Below are positions 28,667 through 38,198 of a stretch of DNA of 64,000 bases, in pieces; the first letter of the stretch is position 1, and every line of letters begins with the position of its first letter. The translations under genes were made by a program, and so were the position numbers. The notes under the pieces are model-generated. The model made no database searches. It was given only the letters and a program-made list of their open reading frames with translations, and had not been told where the DNA came from. Origin of the DNA: a bacterium (lineage in GTDB: Bacteria; UBA8248; JACPRG01; G963555815); the NCBI GenBank assembly GCA_965261595.1, contig CBDHDG010000006.1:736001-800000 (forward strand), written 5' to 3'.

Positions 28667-30229
28667 GTGGATTCCGCGGACCCCCGTGGAGTAAAATTCC
28701 GAAACATCTTCTTTCCGTTTTTTCCCGGCCCGGTAGCTCCAACCCATCCGGTGGGCGCGTTGAATCGAACTTCCAAGTTGAATGAGCTCCTTGCTCTCGA
28801 AGAGGAAGCCGAGGGGGCGGGGGGAGAGATTCCGCTTCATCCGCCGGGTTGGGGACCCCTGGCCGCGGGCGGAATCCTCTGTGAGGCCGGTTCGACCGAA
28901 GCCCAAGGGGGAGGGGGAGAGACGGCCGATCGGGTCGTCGGCAGGCTCATCCAGCTTTACTGGAAGGGGAAGTTCGAGGGACAGCGGCGAAGGGCGCTGG
29001 CGGCCCTTTCGCAAATCGGAGGAGCGGCGGTCCCCAGATATTTCCTGCAAGCGGCCGAATCGCCCGACCCCCAGGTTCGGGAATCCGCCGCCGCGGCGCT
29101 GGGGGCGTTTTCCGGAACGAAGGTCCGCGACGGCCTCCGGTCCCTTCTGGATGATCCAGAGGCCTCCGTTCGCGCTGCGGCCTGTCTCGCGGCGGGAAAG
29201 CAGAAGGACCCTTCCTCCACCGCCCCTTTGGTCAAGCGCCTTCAGGATGAGTCCGGCAAGGTGCGGCGGTTTGCGGCGGAGGCCCTGGGTCTGTTGGGGG
29301 ACCCCGAGGCAACGCCGGCCCTCTTGGGAGCCCTGGAGGACTTGGGATTCGCAGTCCGCAAGCGGGCGGCGGAGACCCTGGGGAAAATCGGCGACCCCGC
29401 CGTTCTGGACAACCTCGCCGGTCGCCTCCGGACGGGAACCGTGGCGGAGAAGTGGAACGCGGCGGAGGCCCTGGCCGACTGGAACGCCCCGGGGGCCGTC
29501 CCCCCCCTGGCGGCCGCGCTCCGCGACGGCTCCGCCAAGGTGCGGAAGCGGGCCGCGTACGCCCTGGGGAACCTTCCCTTCCCCGGCGCGGCGGCGGCGC
29601 TGGGCGAATCGCTTCAGGACGAATCGGCCGAGGTCCGGGGCCGGTCGGCCTACGCCCTGGGCCAGATGGAATCGCCGGAAGCCGCGCGGTTTCTGGTCCC
29701 GGCCCTGGCGGACGAAAATGAATCCGTCCGGAGAAAAGCCGCCGATTCCCTGGCGTCCCTCGCGGCGGGCGCCCCGGCGGGCGGCGAATGGGAAGCGGGC
29801 CGCCGGGCGCTGCGCGCGCTCCTTCGCGGCCCCGATGACGACCTCCGGTTCCGGGCCGCCTTCGGATTGGCCGCGGCGGGAGACGGCGGAGACCCCGACC
29901 CGATGGACACTGTCCGGGAGGCGGCGGGGCGGCCGGAGGCCTTCTACCGGCGCGGGGCCCTGGCCGTTCTCGGCCGGGTGGACGGCGCCGGGGAGGAGGA
30001 GCTGGGATTCCTTTTGAAGGGATTGGAGGACGCCGACCCCGTGGTTCGCCGGATCGCGGCGGAGGCGCTGGGCGGCATCCAACCGGATCGCAGTGTCGAC
30101 ATCAAGTCGGAGCCGCTCATCGAGACCGCCTTGGCGGGCGCCCTCGAGGATTCGGACGCCCGCGTGCGCGCGGCGGCGTTTGAGAGCTGGATGACGCGGA
30201 GGGAGAGAAAGGAGAAAGGCGAGACATGA
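28667..30229 (+). CDS. HEAT/PBS-lyase repeat protein
   Basis: Repeated L.D....VR..AA.ALG units; start uncertain; stop overlaps the next ATG (ATGA). Confidence 0.8.
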   Translation: MDSADPRGVKFRNIFFPFFPGPVAPTHPVGALNRTSKLNELLALEEEAEGAGGEIPLHPPGWGPLAAGGILCEAGSTEAQGGGGETADRVVGRLIQLYWKGKFEGQRRRALAALSQIGGAAVPRYFLQAAESPDPQVRESAAAALGAFSGTKVRDGLRSLLDDPEASVRAAACLAAGKQKDPSSTAPLVKRLQDESGKVRRFAAEALGLLGDPEATPALLGALEDLGFAVRKRAAETLGKIGDPAVLDNLAGRLRTGTVAEKWNAAEALADWNAPGAVPPLAAALRDGSAKVRKRAAYALGNLPFPGAAAALGESLQDESAEVRGRSAYALGQMESPEAARFLVPALADENESVRRKAADSLASLAAGAPAGGEWEAGRRALRALLRGPDDDLRFRAAFGLAAAGDGGDPDPMDTVREAAGRPEAFYRRGALAVLGRVDGAGEEELGFLLKGLEDADPVVRRIAAEALGGIQPDRSVDIKSEPLIETALAGALEDSDARVRAAAFESWMTRRERKEKGET

Positions 30230-31263
30230 AGGCGGTGATCATCAACGAATACGGCGGACGGGAGGTTTTGCAGTACACGGACATCGATACGCCGAAGCCC
30301 GGCCCGAAGGACGCCCTGGTCAAAGTGGGGGCGGCCGCGACGAACTGGTTTGATGTCATGGCCCGCAAGGGCGACTACAAGCCCTTCAAGACGTTCCCCC
30401 ACGTCCTGGGCGGGGACATCGCCGGCGAGGTGGTCGAGGTCGGCTCGGAGGTGACCCACCTGAAGGCCGGCGACCGGGTGGTCCTGTTCGCCACGGTGGT
30501 GGAGGACAAGCAGGACGAGTTCTGGCTTGCCGGAGACACCAACCGGGCGGTCAAGCGGATGTATTACGGGGCCCACCTGTGGGGCGGGTACGCCCAGTAC
30601 ATGAACGCCTACGCCGAGAACTGGCTGCCCATCGGGGACAAGACCTCCTTCGAGGATTCGGCCGCCTTCAGCATGACGTACCTGACGGCCTGGCACCAGG
30701 TCGTGACCCGGGGCGGGCTGCGGCCCGGAGAGGACGTGCTGGTGCACTCGGCCGGGTCCGGGGTGTCGGTGGCGTCGATCCAGATCGCCAAGCTGACGGG
30801 CTGCCGGGTCATCACGACATCCTCCACCGAAGAGAAATGCAAGCGGGCCCTGGAGCTGGGCGCGGACTCCGCCGTCAATTACCGTGAGCAGGACGTCGTG
30901 AAAGAGGTGAAGGCCCTCACGAACAACCGGGGCGTGGACATGGTCGTCGACAACATCGGCGAGGACACCTGGGACACGAGCATCCGCTGCCTCGTCCGGG
31001 GCGGGAGGATCACGACGTGCGGCGGGACGAGCGGCTATAACGTCCCGATGAACATCGCGCACGTGTTCCACAAAGAACTGAGCATCATCGGTTCGAACTA
31101 CGGATTGATCAAAGAGGCCAAGACGCTGAACAATCTCCTGGACCAGGGCATGTTTGAAGTGGCCCTCGACCGGGTGCTCCCGCTGAAGGACGCCGCCGAG
31201 GGTCACCGGGTTCTGGAGGACCGGGAGAACTTCGGCAAGGTGGTCCTGAAGCCGGAGTTTTAA
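30226..31263 (+). CDS. MDR-family NAD(P)H-dependent oxidoreductase (quinone reductase-like)
   Basis: PHVLGGDIAGEV, YLTAW, VLVHSAGSGV, GVDMVVD, FGKVVL. Confidence 0.88.
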   Translation: MKAVIINEYGGREVLQYTDIDTPKPGPKDALVKVGAAATNWFDVMARKGDYKPFKTFPHVLGGDIAGEVVEVGSEVTHLKAGDRVVLFATVVEDKQDEFWLAGDTNRAVKRMYYGAHLWGGYAQYMNAYAENWLPIGDKTSFEDSAAFSMTYLTAWHQVVTRGGLRPGEDVLVHSAGSGVSVASIQIAKLTGCRVITTSSTEEKCKRALELGADSAVNYREQDVVKEVKALTNNRGVDMVVDNIGEDTWDTSIRCLVRGGRITTCGGTSGYNVPMNIAHVFHKELSIIGSNYGLIKEAKTLNNLLDQGMFEVALDRVLPLKDAAEGHRVLEDRENFGKVVLKPEF

Positions 31264-31876
31264 CCTGTAAGCGTATCTTGAGCGGGATTTCCTCTTCCGG
31301 TTGAGCCCGCCCCCTCCGGGGCGTCGGCGCATCCCGAAAATGAAAGCCCCCCGGATGCGGTTGGAATCCGGGAGGGTGTAGGGGCCGTTGCGGAAATTCG
31401 CCGGCGGTGAAGGGTGGTTGACCAATCTGGACCGCGGCGCCCCGGCCTCAGGGTTGCGGTGAATCGTTGTCGACTGATCATCGCAGACAGCGCTAAAATT
31501 TCCCAGACACCCGATTTGATAAAAAAAAACCGGTGTTATTTTGTAAAGAAGCCGATACAATATTTATTCCGATGCATATCGGAATAGGAATTGAAAGGTA
31601 ACCTTATGTAGCGTTCGACATTGTTTTTATCCGACAGACGGTGCGGACGGCCGAACCCGCGCGATTCAGGCTGGCCTTTGAAGGCGCCCGGCTTTGATGG
31701 ACACAGCGTGAATCCGGACGGGGGTTTGGAAGAGCCGACCAAGCAAATCGGGGTTTCAACATGATTCATCGTGATCTTCATAAGCAAGAATCTCTCAGAA
31801 ATATCGAGTTGTCCCAGGCGGATAATCCGACCGAAAGCTCAATCGCCGCCGCTGAAAGAATACCGGACCCATCACC

Positions 31877-32956
31877 GTGGATTCAGATGGCGCGCCCCAT
31901 CCCGAGCCGGCTCCCGGGGCAAAAACAGGCGAGCCGCAAGCCGGCATTCCCTCGTTGGGAGAGCGGCTCACGGAAGAGAAGGGCGCGCAGCTTTATCGGA
32001 GGCTTCAAGAGGCCCTGGCCCGGCTGTTGCGGGAGGTGGCGGCCGGCCAGCGGCTTCGGCTGGACTCCCTGCTTCCGTTGGTCGATCAGATGGTGACGCG
32101 GGATGATCTGCTGAAAGGTCCGCTGTCGAAAATCGCGCTGGGCCATGGAAGCCCGGACAACGCTCTCTCGGACCACCTCCTTCACGTGGCCATCCTTTCG
32201 CTCAAGATGGGGAAGGAGCTGGGGTGGGAAGTCGCGCGGCTCCGCCGGCTTGCGGCGGCGTCCTTGTTGCACGATGTCGGAATGTGCCTCGTCCCGCGGA
32301 ACATTCGCCACAAGAGAGGGCTCCTCACCTCCAGTGAGCGGGCGGTCCTGCGCCGCCATTCCGGTTACGGCTATCAGATCATCAAGGCCCTCGGAGGCGG
32401 CGAATTCGAAGGGATAGCCAACGCCGTCCGTCAGGAGCATGAGCGGGAAGACGGCTCCGGATATCCCCTAGGCCTCTCCGGCGGGGCCATCGATGAAATG
32501 TCCAAGGTCATTGCGGTCTCCGACGTCTACGAGGCGGTCTCCGACGTCTACGAGGCGCTCACCTCCGAACGGCCCCACCGCGCCGGCGTGCTCCCGAACC
32601 AGGCCATCAAGGAGATGGTTGACGTCCGCCAGCGGGAGTTCTCCCCGCGCGTGTTGAAGGCGATGCTCAACCAGATCTCCATCTTCCCTTTGGGCAGCCT
32701 GGTGGTTTTGAACACGGGCGCCATCGCCCGGGTGATCGAGGTTCACGAGGATTTGCCCATGCACCCCACTGTCCAGTTCATCCATGGATCCGGCGGGGAG
32801 GACGACCGGGTGCTCTCCCTCAAAGAGAACCCCCACATCCACATCCGGGACAGCGTCGATGAGGCGAACCTGGAAAAGCTTCAGTACGCCCTGAAAATGG
32901 AGCGCGCCGCCGGCCGATACTTCGTCAGCAATCGCATCCGGAGGCGGCGGAAATGA
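31877..32956 (+). CDS. HD-GYP domain protein (putative cyclic-dinucleotide phosphodiesterase)
   Basis: LLHDVG, HEREDGSGYP, DVYEALTSERPHR, C-terminal FPLGSLVVLNTG; carries a 21 bp tandem duplication. Confidence 0.85.
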   Translation: MDSDGAPHPEPAPGAKTGEPQAGIPSLGERLTEEKGAQLYRRLQEALARLLREVAAGQRLRLDSLLPLVDQMVTRDDLLKGPLSKIALGHGSPDNALSDHLLHVAILSLKMGKELGWEVARLRRLAAASLLHDVGMCLVPRNIRHKRGLLTSSERAVLRRHSGYGYQIIKALGGGEFEGIANAVRQEHEREDGSGYPLGLSGGAIDEMSKVIAVSDVYEAVSDVYEALTSERPHRAGVLPNQAIKEMVDVRQREFSPRVLKAMLNQISIFPLGSLVVLNTGAIARVIEVHEDLPMHPTVQFIHGSGGEDDRVLSLKENPHIHIRDSVDEANLEKLQYALKMERAAGRYFVSNRIRRRRK

Positions 32957-33469
32957 ACCGGGCCGGGGAGGGGGCCGCGTAACGCCCCCGGTCAAATCCC
33001 TCCTGGACCGGCAAAGACACCGCTTGGCTCTCAGAGAAAAGATTCCCTTCCCGCGTCCCGCGTCGGGAACGGGACCCTTCCCGGTCAACCTTCCAGCCTC
33101 ACCCTCACCCCGTTTTCCGCGTCAGCGGGTCCGGGGCGCCGCCGGCCTCATCCATGAGCCGTTCGGGCCGTCCCGCTCCTCCAGCCGAAAAATGCCGGGT
33201 AACACCGCGTAAAAATTGCGGTTCCGGCCGAATCATCATCAGGACGGTCCGGCGCCCGCCCCCCAAGGGGTTGGCGCGGGATTACCGGGTCTCCTTTTGC
33301 TGGGGAGGGCCCTTGAAGGTTGCGGGCCTCCGGGTCCCGGGGGTATCATTCCATCTTCCTGATTTCGTCGGATGAGTGTCGCCCGCGCTCCCGCCATGAT
33401 GAGGAAGAGGGGACGGAGGATCGCCTCCATCCCGGCGGCCTGCCCTTGCAACACTGGAGATCGAGAAGG

Positions 33470-34387
33470 ATGGAAAAGCGCGCGCTCGGACAAACCGGAT
33501 TGGAATTGACCATCATCGGCTTTGGCGCGATGACCATCGGCGGAATCTTCGGACCCGTGGACGACGCCGAGAGCATCCAGACCCTCCACGCGGCCATCGA
33601 CGCGGGGATCAATTTCATCGACACCTCCGACGCCTATGGCCAGGGGCGGAGTGAAGAGGTGATCGGCAAGTTCCTCAAGGAGCGTTCCGACCGGGACGGG
33701 ATCATCATCGGCTCCAAGGGCGGGAACAACATGGTGACGGGAGTCTACGACTTCTCGGCGGAATACATCCGCGGGTGCGTCGAGGGAAGTCTCAAGCGCC
33801 TCGGCGTGGACGCCCTCGACCTCTACCTCCTCCACAACCCCACGGTGGACAACCTCAACGCCGAGGACAGTTTCGACCTGCTCGATGAATTCAAGTCCCA
33901 GGGCAAGATCAAGCACTGGGGCGTTTCGTTGAACACCCTGCCCGAGTGCGAGCTCGCCGTCTCGTGCGGCCGGCCCGCGGTCATGCAGATGGAATACAAC
34001 GTCCTCCAGCAGGGACCCGAGGCGGTCTTCGCCCAGGCGAAGGCGGCGGGGGTGGGCGTCATCTCGCGCGTACCCCTCAGGCGGGGCTTCCTTTCAGGAC
34101 GCTTTGGGGAGGACCACGTCTTCGTCGAGGGAGACCGGCGCAGCCGGATCCTGAGCCAAGAGAACATGCGGAAGTTCCAGGCCGGCCTGGACAGGATCCA
34201 GGAGACGGCGGCCGAGGCGGACCGGCCCCCGGCCGAGGTGGCGATTCGCTTCTGCGTTTCGAACCCGAACGTCACAACGGACATCCCGGGGATCCGCACA
34301 TCGGAGCAGGCCAGACAGAACGCCGCCGGCGGCGCGCCCCTGTCCGCGGATCTGGTGGAAAAGCTTCGGGGGGTCTCCCTCGCATAG
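33470..34387 (+). CDS. Aldo/keto reductase
   Basis: GINFIDTSDAYG..RSEEVIG, SLKRLG, DLYLLHNP, GKIKHWGVS. Confidence 0.9.
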   Translation: MEKRALGQTGLELTIIGFGAMTIGGIFGPVDDAESIQTLHAAIDAGINFIDTSDAYGQGRSEEVIGKFLKERSDRDGIIIGSKGGNNMVTGVYDFSAEYIRGCVEGSLKRLGVDALDLYLLHNPTVDNLNAEDSFDLLDEFKSQGKIKHWGVSLNTLPECELAVSCGRPAVMQMEYNVLQQGPEAVFAQAKAAGVGVISRVPLRRGFLSGRFGEDHVFVEGDRRSRILSQENMRKFQAGLDRIQETAAEADRPPAEVAIRFCVSNPNVTTDIPGIRTSEQARQNAAGGAPLSADLVEKLRGVSLA

Positions 34388-34634
34388 CGGGGAGGGCTCT
34401 CCGTCGCGCGCGAATCGGAAGGCCGCGGACCGGGAGGCGGCTGAGCAGTTCGTCCCGGCTCGAGAGGCGTGATGTCACGCCCGCTGCGGAGTCGTAACCG
34501 GCTCAGCGCTCGAATTTCCGTGCGCTATGTCATGGACGGCGTCCCGCGAGTCCCGGGCGAGATGCACCGGGGGACCGCGAAGACCGCCGGCACGCCCCGC
34601 GTCATCAACGAACCACTTTGAGGAGAAGCGCTTG

Positions 34635-35315
34635 ATGAACCGCGACGCCGCGGCGGGAATGCTCCTCTCGCAGATGGAATGCCCCGCCTCGATGGAGGCT
34701 GAGTTTCACGACTGGTACGACCACGAGCACATCCCCGAGCGCATGATCGTCCCCGGATTTCAGAGCACGATGCGTTATGAGGTCGAGGGTGACGGGCCGC
34801 GATACCTCGCCCGGTATAACCTGGAAGACCTGTCCGCCCTCGAGCATCCCGACTACGTGAAGGTGAAGGCGAACCCGTCGAAGAGGACGGAGAAAATCCT
34901 TTCGTCCGTCTCGCTGTTCACCCGCTATATCGCCACGGTCTTCTCCGACCGGCGTCAGGACGGCGCGCCCGAGCGGCCCGAGGAGGCGCCGTACATCCTG
35001 ATCGCAGCCTTCGCCGTCCCCCCGGAAGAGGAAAAGGACTTCGACGCCTGGTACGAAGAGGAGCACACCGACCTGCTCATGAAGGCCGAGGGTTGGTGGC
35101 GGTGCGTCCGGCTGAAGGTGGACTCCGGGGAGCCCGAGCCCTGGACCGACATTGCCGTCCACGAGGTCGCCGGCCTCGCCACCCTCGAGTCCCCCGAGCG
35201 GATGGAATCCCGAAAGACGCCGTGGGCCCGGCGCATGCAAAGCCGGCCCTGGTTCCAGGCGGGGGGGATGATCGTGTACCGGAAGTTCGCCGCTTTCGAT
35301 TCCCGGGAGGGATGA
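34635..35315 (+). CDS. Hypothetical protein with two dimeric alpha+beta barrel (EthD/DUF4286-like) repeats
   Basis: Two repeats EFHDWYDHEHIPE and DFDAWYEEEHTD. Confidence 0.65.
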   Translation: MNRDAAAGMLLSQMECPASMEAEFHDWYDHEHIPERMIVPGFQSTMRYEVEGDGPRYLARYNLEDLSALEHPDYVKVKANPSKRTEKILSSVSLFTRYIATVFSDRRQDGAPERPEEAPYILIAAFAVPPEEEKDFDAWYEEEHTDLLMKAEGWWRCVRLKVDSGEPEPWTDIAVHEVAGLATLESPERMESRKTPWARRMQSRPWFQAGGMIVYRKFAAFDSREG

Positions 35316-35370
35316 ATCAAGGACGCCCGCGGGGGGATTGGCGTCCCGCCGGGATCAGGGAGGATTCAGG

Positions 35371-36543
35371 ATGGAAACCCTTGCGATAACCAACATCGGC
35401 GCGATGATTTCCGGCTCACTCGAAACCGGTCTGATCGACGCGGACACCCTGCTCGTGGAAGACGGCCGGATCGCCGAAATCGGCAATGGCCTGGACACCT
35501 CCGGGGCCGACCGGGTTCTGGATTGTGTGGGGACCACCGTCGCTCCGGGTCTGATTGACGGCCACCTTCACGTCGTCATCGGCGACTACACGCCCCGCCA
35601 GAAAACGGTGGATTTCCTGGAGAGCTGGGTTCACGGCGGCGTCACCAGCGGCGTCTCGCCCAGCGAGGTCCACGCGCCCGGCCGCCCGAGCGACCCGGTG
35701 GGGGTCAAGGCCCTGGCCATCGCCGCCCAGCGGTGTTTCAGCAACTTCCGGCCGGGCGGGCTCAAGATGCACGCGGGGTCGGTGATCATCGAGCCCGGGT
35801 TGAGAGAGAAGGATTTCGAGGAGCTGGCCGAGGCGGGCGTGTGGCTTGCCAAGGTGGGGTTTGGAAACTTCGAGCGCCAAGTGGATTGCGCGCCCATCGT
35901 CCGGGCCGCCCAGCGCCACGGGTTGAAGGTCCTGTGCCATACGGGCGGCGCGTCCATCCCCGGAAGCTCCTCCGTCATGGCCGAGGACCTGATCGAGATC
36001 CAACCCGACATGGCGGCCCACATCAACGGCGGCACGACGGCGCTGCCGGACGAGGGCCTGGAGCGGATCATAGTGGAGACCGAGATCGCCCTTCAGATTT
36101 GCCAATGCGGAAACCTGCGGGCCGCGCTCCTGACCGTCGAGCGGTGTGTGGCGTTGGGCCGGCTGGACCGGATCAACATCGCCAGCGACTCCCCCTCCGG
36201 AACCGGCATCCTCCCCATGGGGGTGATCAAGTCGATCGTAGAGCTCTCCTCGATGGCCCCCCTGAGACCGGAAGACGCCTGGGCGCTGGGCAGCGGCACG
36301 CCGGCGGACCACTGGGGGCTCGGCGATCAGGGCAAGATCGAGGTGGGCCGGGCGGCCGACCTCGTCATCATGGACGCGCCCCTCGGCTCCGCGGCCCCGG
36401 ACGCGGTGGGCGCCATCGCCATCGGGGACATCCCGGGGATCACCGGCGTTCTCATCGACGGCCGGGCCTGGGTGATGAAAAGCCGGAACACGCCGGCCTC
36501 GACGCGGTTCTGCAAATGGGTCCGCGTGAGCGCGGCGGACTAG
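35371..36543 (+). CDS. Enamidase-like amidohydrolase
   Basis: PGLIDGHLH, GDYTPRQ, EVHAPGRP, HTGGASIPGS, HINGGTTAL, SDSPSGTG; resembles the Eubacterium barkeri enamidase family. Confidence 0.8.
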   Translation: METLAITNIGAMISGSLETGLIDADTLLVEDGRIAEIGNGLDTSGADRVLDCVGTTVAPGLIDGHLHVVIGDYTPRQKTVDFLESWVHGGVTSGVSPSEVHAPGRPSDPVGVKALAIAAQRCFSNFRPGGLKMHAGSVIIEPGLREKDFEELAEAGVWLAKVGFGNFERQVDCAPIVRAAQRHGLKVLCHTGGASIPGSSSVMAEDLIEIQPDMAAHINGGTTALPDEGLERIIVETEIALQICQCGNLRAALLTVERCVALGRLDRINIASDSPSGTGILPMGVIKSIVELSSMAPLRPEDAWALGSGTPADHWGLGDQGKIEVGRAADLVIMDAPLGSAAPDAVGAIAIGDIPGITGVLIDGRAWVMKSRNTPASTRFCKWVRVSAAD

Positions 36544-36653
36544 GCGAGAGGCCTCCGGCGCGCCGGGACGCGCGAAAACCGGATTCCTCACCCACACGGG
36601 ACAATCCGCAGGGGCGCCCCCCCTCCCCCTCCTCCCCCCCATGTGGGCGCGGC

Positions 36654-37091
36654 TCAGCGCGCGATCAGGACGCCCTTCATACCGAAAGTTCGGTGACCGG
36701 GTTTGTCGCAGTAGAGGATGTACTCCCCGGCCCCGGGAAGACGGGAGGTCCCCAGACGCCTTTCCCCGGCAGGGAGATCCAGGGAAAGGATCACCTTGCC
36801 GTCCGGCGTCTCGACCGTGAGGTTGTGGGCCAGGGAGGCGCCGTTCTTGACCTTGAGCTGGAGGTTTTCCCCGGCCGAGGCGAGGATCCGGTTGGGGCGG
36901 AAGTGAAAGCTCCCGGCTTCGATGGAGATCGCCTCCTCACCGGCCCGGACCTTCCGGGCGCGTCCCTCGACAGCCGACACCGGCGCGCACCCCGCCGCCG
37001 CCAACCCCAGAACAACCAGGACCATTCCGGGCAGCCATCGCCCGGCCGGCAGAGCGAACCGCCTTGCGGCATCCAGCAAATCCCGCAGCAT
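36654..37091 (-). CDS. Cupredoxin-domain (lipo)protein
   Basis: Lipobox-like AAGC, HNLTV, YCDKPGHRTFGM type-1 copper ligands. Confidence 0.8.
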   Translation of the reverse strand: MLRDLLDAARRFALPAGRWLPGMVLVVLGLAAAGCAPVSAVEGRARKVRAGEEAISIEAGSFHFRPNRILASAGENLQLKVKNGASLAHNLTVETPDGKVILSLDLPAGERRLGTSRLPGAGEYILYCDKPGHRTFGMKGVLIAR

Positions 37092-37266
37092 GCCTGACCT
37101 CCTTTCGGGAATCTCCGCGGACGTTCGTATTCAAGCCTATGTCCGCGGGGATGACCCAGGACGGAAGATGGGGAGGGGGGACGAGGGGGGGGGGGTGAGC
37201 CTCCGCCTATTCCCGCTCGATGGATGGGGCTAAGCGTCTCTCGTCTTTTCGGGCCGATGGTTTTCC

Positions 37267-37303
37267 CGTGATTATGCCTTTGACGCAGTAAGACACAAGA
37301 TAT
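37267..37303 (+). repeat. Left terminal inverted repeat
   Basis: CGTGATTATGCCTTTGACGCAGTAAGACACAAGATAT. Confidence 0.9.
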
Positions 37304-37334
37304 AGGTGCGATTTTGAGACACTACATGTTGTGG
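37293..37334 (+). promoter_or_regulatory. Pair of NrdR-box-like motifs overlapping an inward TTGACG promoter-like sequence
   Basis: ACACAAGATATAGGTG (37293-37308) and ACACTACATGTTGTGG (37319-37334) versus consensus acaCwAtATaTwGtgt. Confidence 0.5.
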
Positions 37335-37358
37335 TTATCCAACAGGAGGGGGTCACTT

Positions 37359-37574
37359 TTAGGGACCCGTGGAACCACATATCCTCCCATTGATGATGGC
37401 TGGTGGCCCGACGTAAGAGCCCCGAATTTCGAGTGGGATGCGTTTCTTCGGCGGTTTCTTATTCCTTATCCCCATCAAGTAGAAACCCGCATAGAAGAGA
37501 AGATCAATAACCCTAGAGGCTGCTTCGGAGATGAACCATCCAAAAACGTCAAATCCTTCATATCTAAATTCCAT
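37359..37574 (-). CDS. Hypothetical 71 aa protein with hydrophobic core and basic tail (passenger gene)
   Basis: GGAGAG upstream of ATG; MEFRYEGFDVFGWFISEAASRVIDLLFYAGFYLMGIRNKKPPKKR. Confidence 0.4.
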   Translation of the reverse strand: MEFRYEGFDVFGWFISEAASRVIDLLFYAGFYLMGIRNKKPPKKRIPLEIRGSYVGPPAIINGRICGSTGP

Positions 37575-37643
37575 TGCCTGGGCTCTCCAAGCTGCGGGTT
37601 AATGGAACGCCACGGCTGGGGCCGTATACCCCAGCCGTGGCAC

Positions 37644-38000
37644 TTATTCACACGCGATGTCCTGTTGCGCCGATGCAATCCTCACTTCAAATTCACCGGC
37701 AAACCTGAATATCACCTTCTCAAGTTTGGGACTATTGAGATACCTATGTTGGGGCGGGTGTTTCCTGACAAAAAATACACGCCTCCGCTTTTTGTTGAAT
37801 CTTCCTCCAAGTCTCTCTACGGCCAAGTAGTCTCTGTCCTGAAGAACCTGCACCAGCAGTTTAAGTTTTCTCGGGGAGACATAGGCGGGTCGGCTAAAAG
37901 CCTTTTCCTTAAGAAAGCATTTCTTCCTCTTTTCCGCTCCTTCCCCCGTAACTGGGATTTGAGACACGAGAACAAACAAAACTCCGATCAACAAATACAT
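37644..38000 (-). CDS. Hypothetical 118 aa basic protein with N-terminal hydrophobic/signal segment (passenger gene)
   Basis: GGAGG SD 7 nt before ATG; MYLLIGVLFVLVSQIP...; followed by the GC hairpin GCCACGGCTGGGG/CCCCAGCCGTGGC at ~37609-37641. Confidence 0.6.
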   Translation of the reverse strand: MYLLIGVLFVLVSQIPVTGEGAEKRKKCFLKEKAFSRPAYVSPRKLKLLVQVLQDRDYLAVERLGGRFNKKRRRVFFVRKHPPQHRYLNSPKLEKVIFRFAGEFEVRIASAQQDIACE

Positions 38001-38144
38001 GGCATTTCCTCCGTCATCGAACGCACATCCAGAAAAACGAGGTTGACACGGGCTTGGGGATTTGCTACAAGGAGGGTCTGTGAGGTCCTCTCTTGTAGCA
38101 ACGCCCCGGGGTTCCCTCGGGGCTTCCACCCTTTGAAGTTCCAT

Positions 38145-38198
38145 ATACCACATGTAGTGGGTCGGATTCAATTTTCGAGGGACCACCATATCTTGTGT
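38145..38198 (-). promoter_or_regulatory. Pair of NrdR-box-like motifs at the right end
   Basis: Minus strand ACACAAGATATGGTGG (38183-38198) and CCACTACATGTGGTAT (38145-38160). Confidence 0.5.

Noticed and set aside
31500..31870. c-di-GMP riboswitch upstream of the HD-GYP gene
   Set aside because: No GGCAAA...GAAA...GACGCAAA GEMM pattern; only an AT-rich promoter-like tract
36612..37196. C-rich and G-rich tracts flanking the cupredoxin gene as inverted repeats
   Set aside because: Low-complexity, imperfect match and no target duplication
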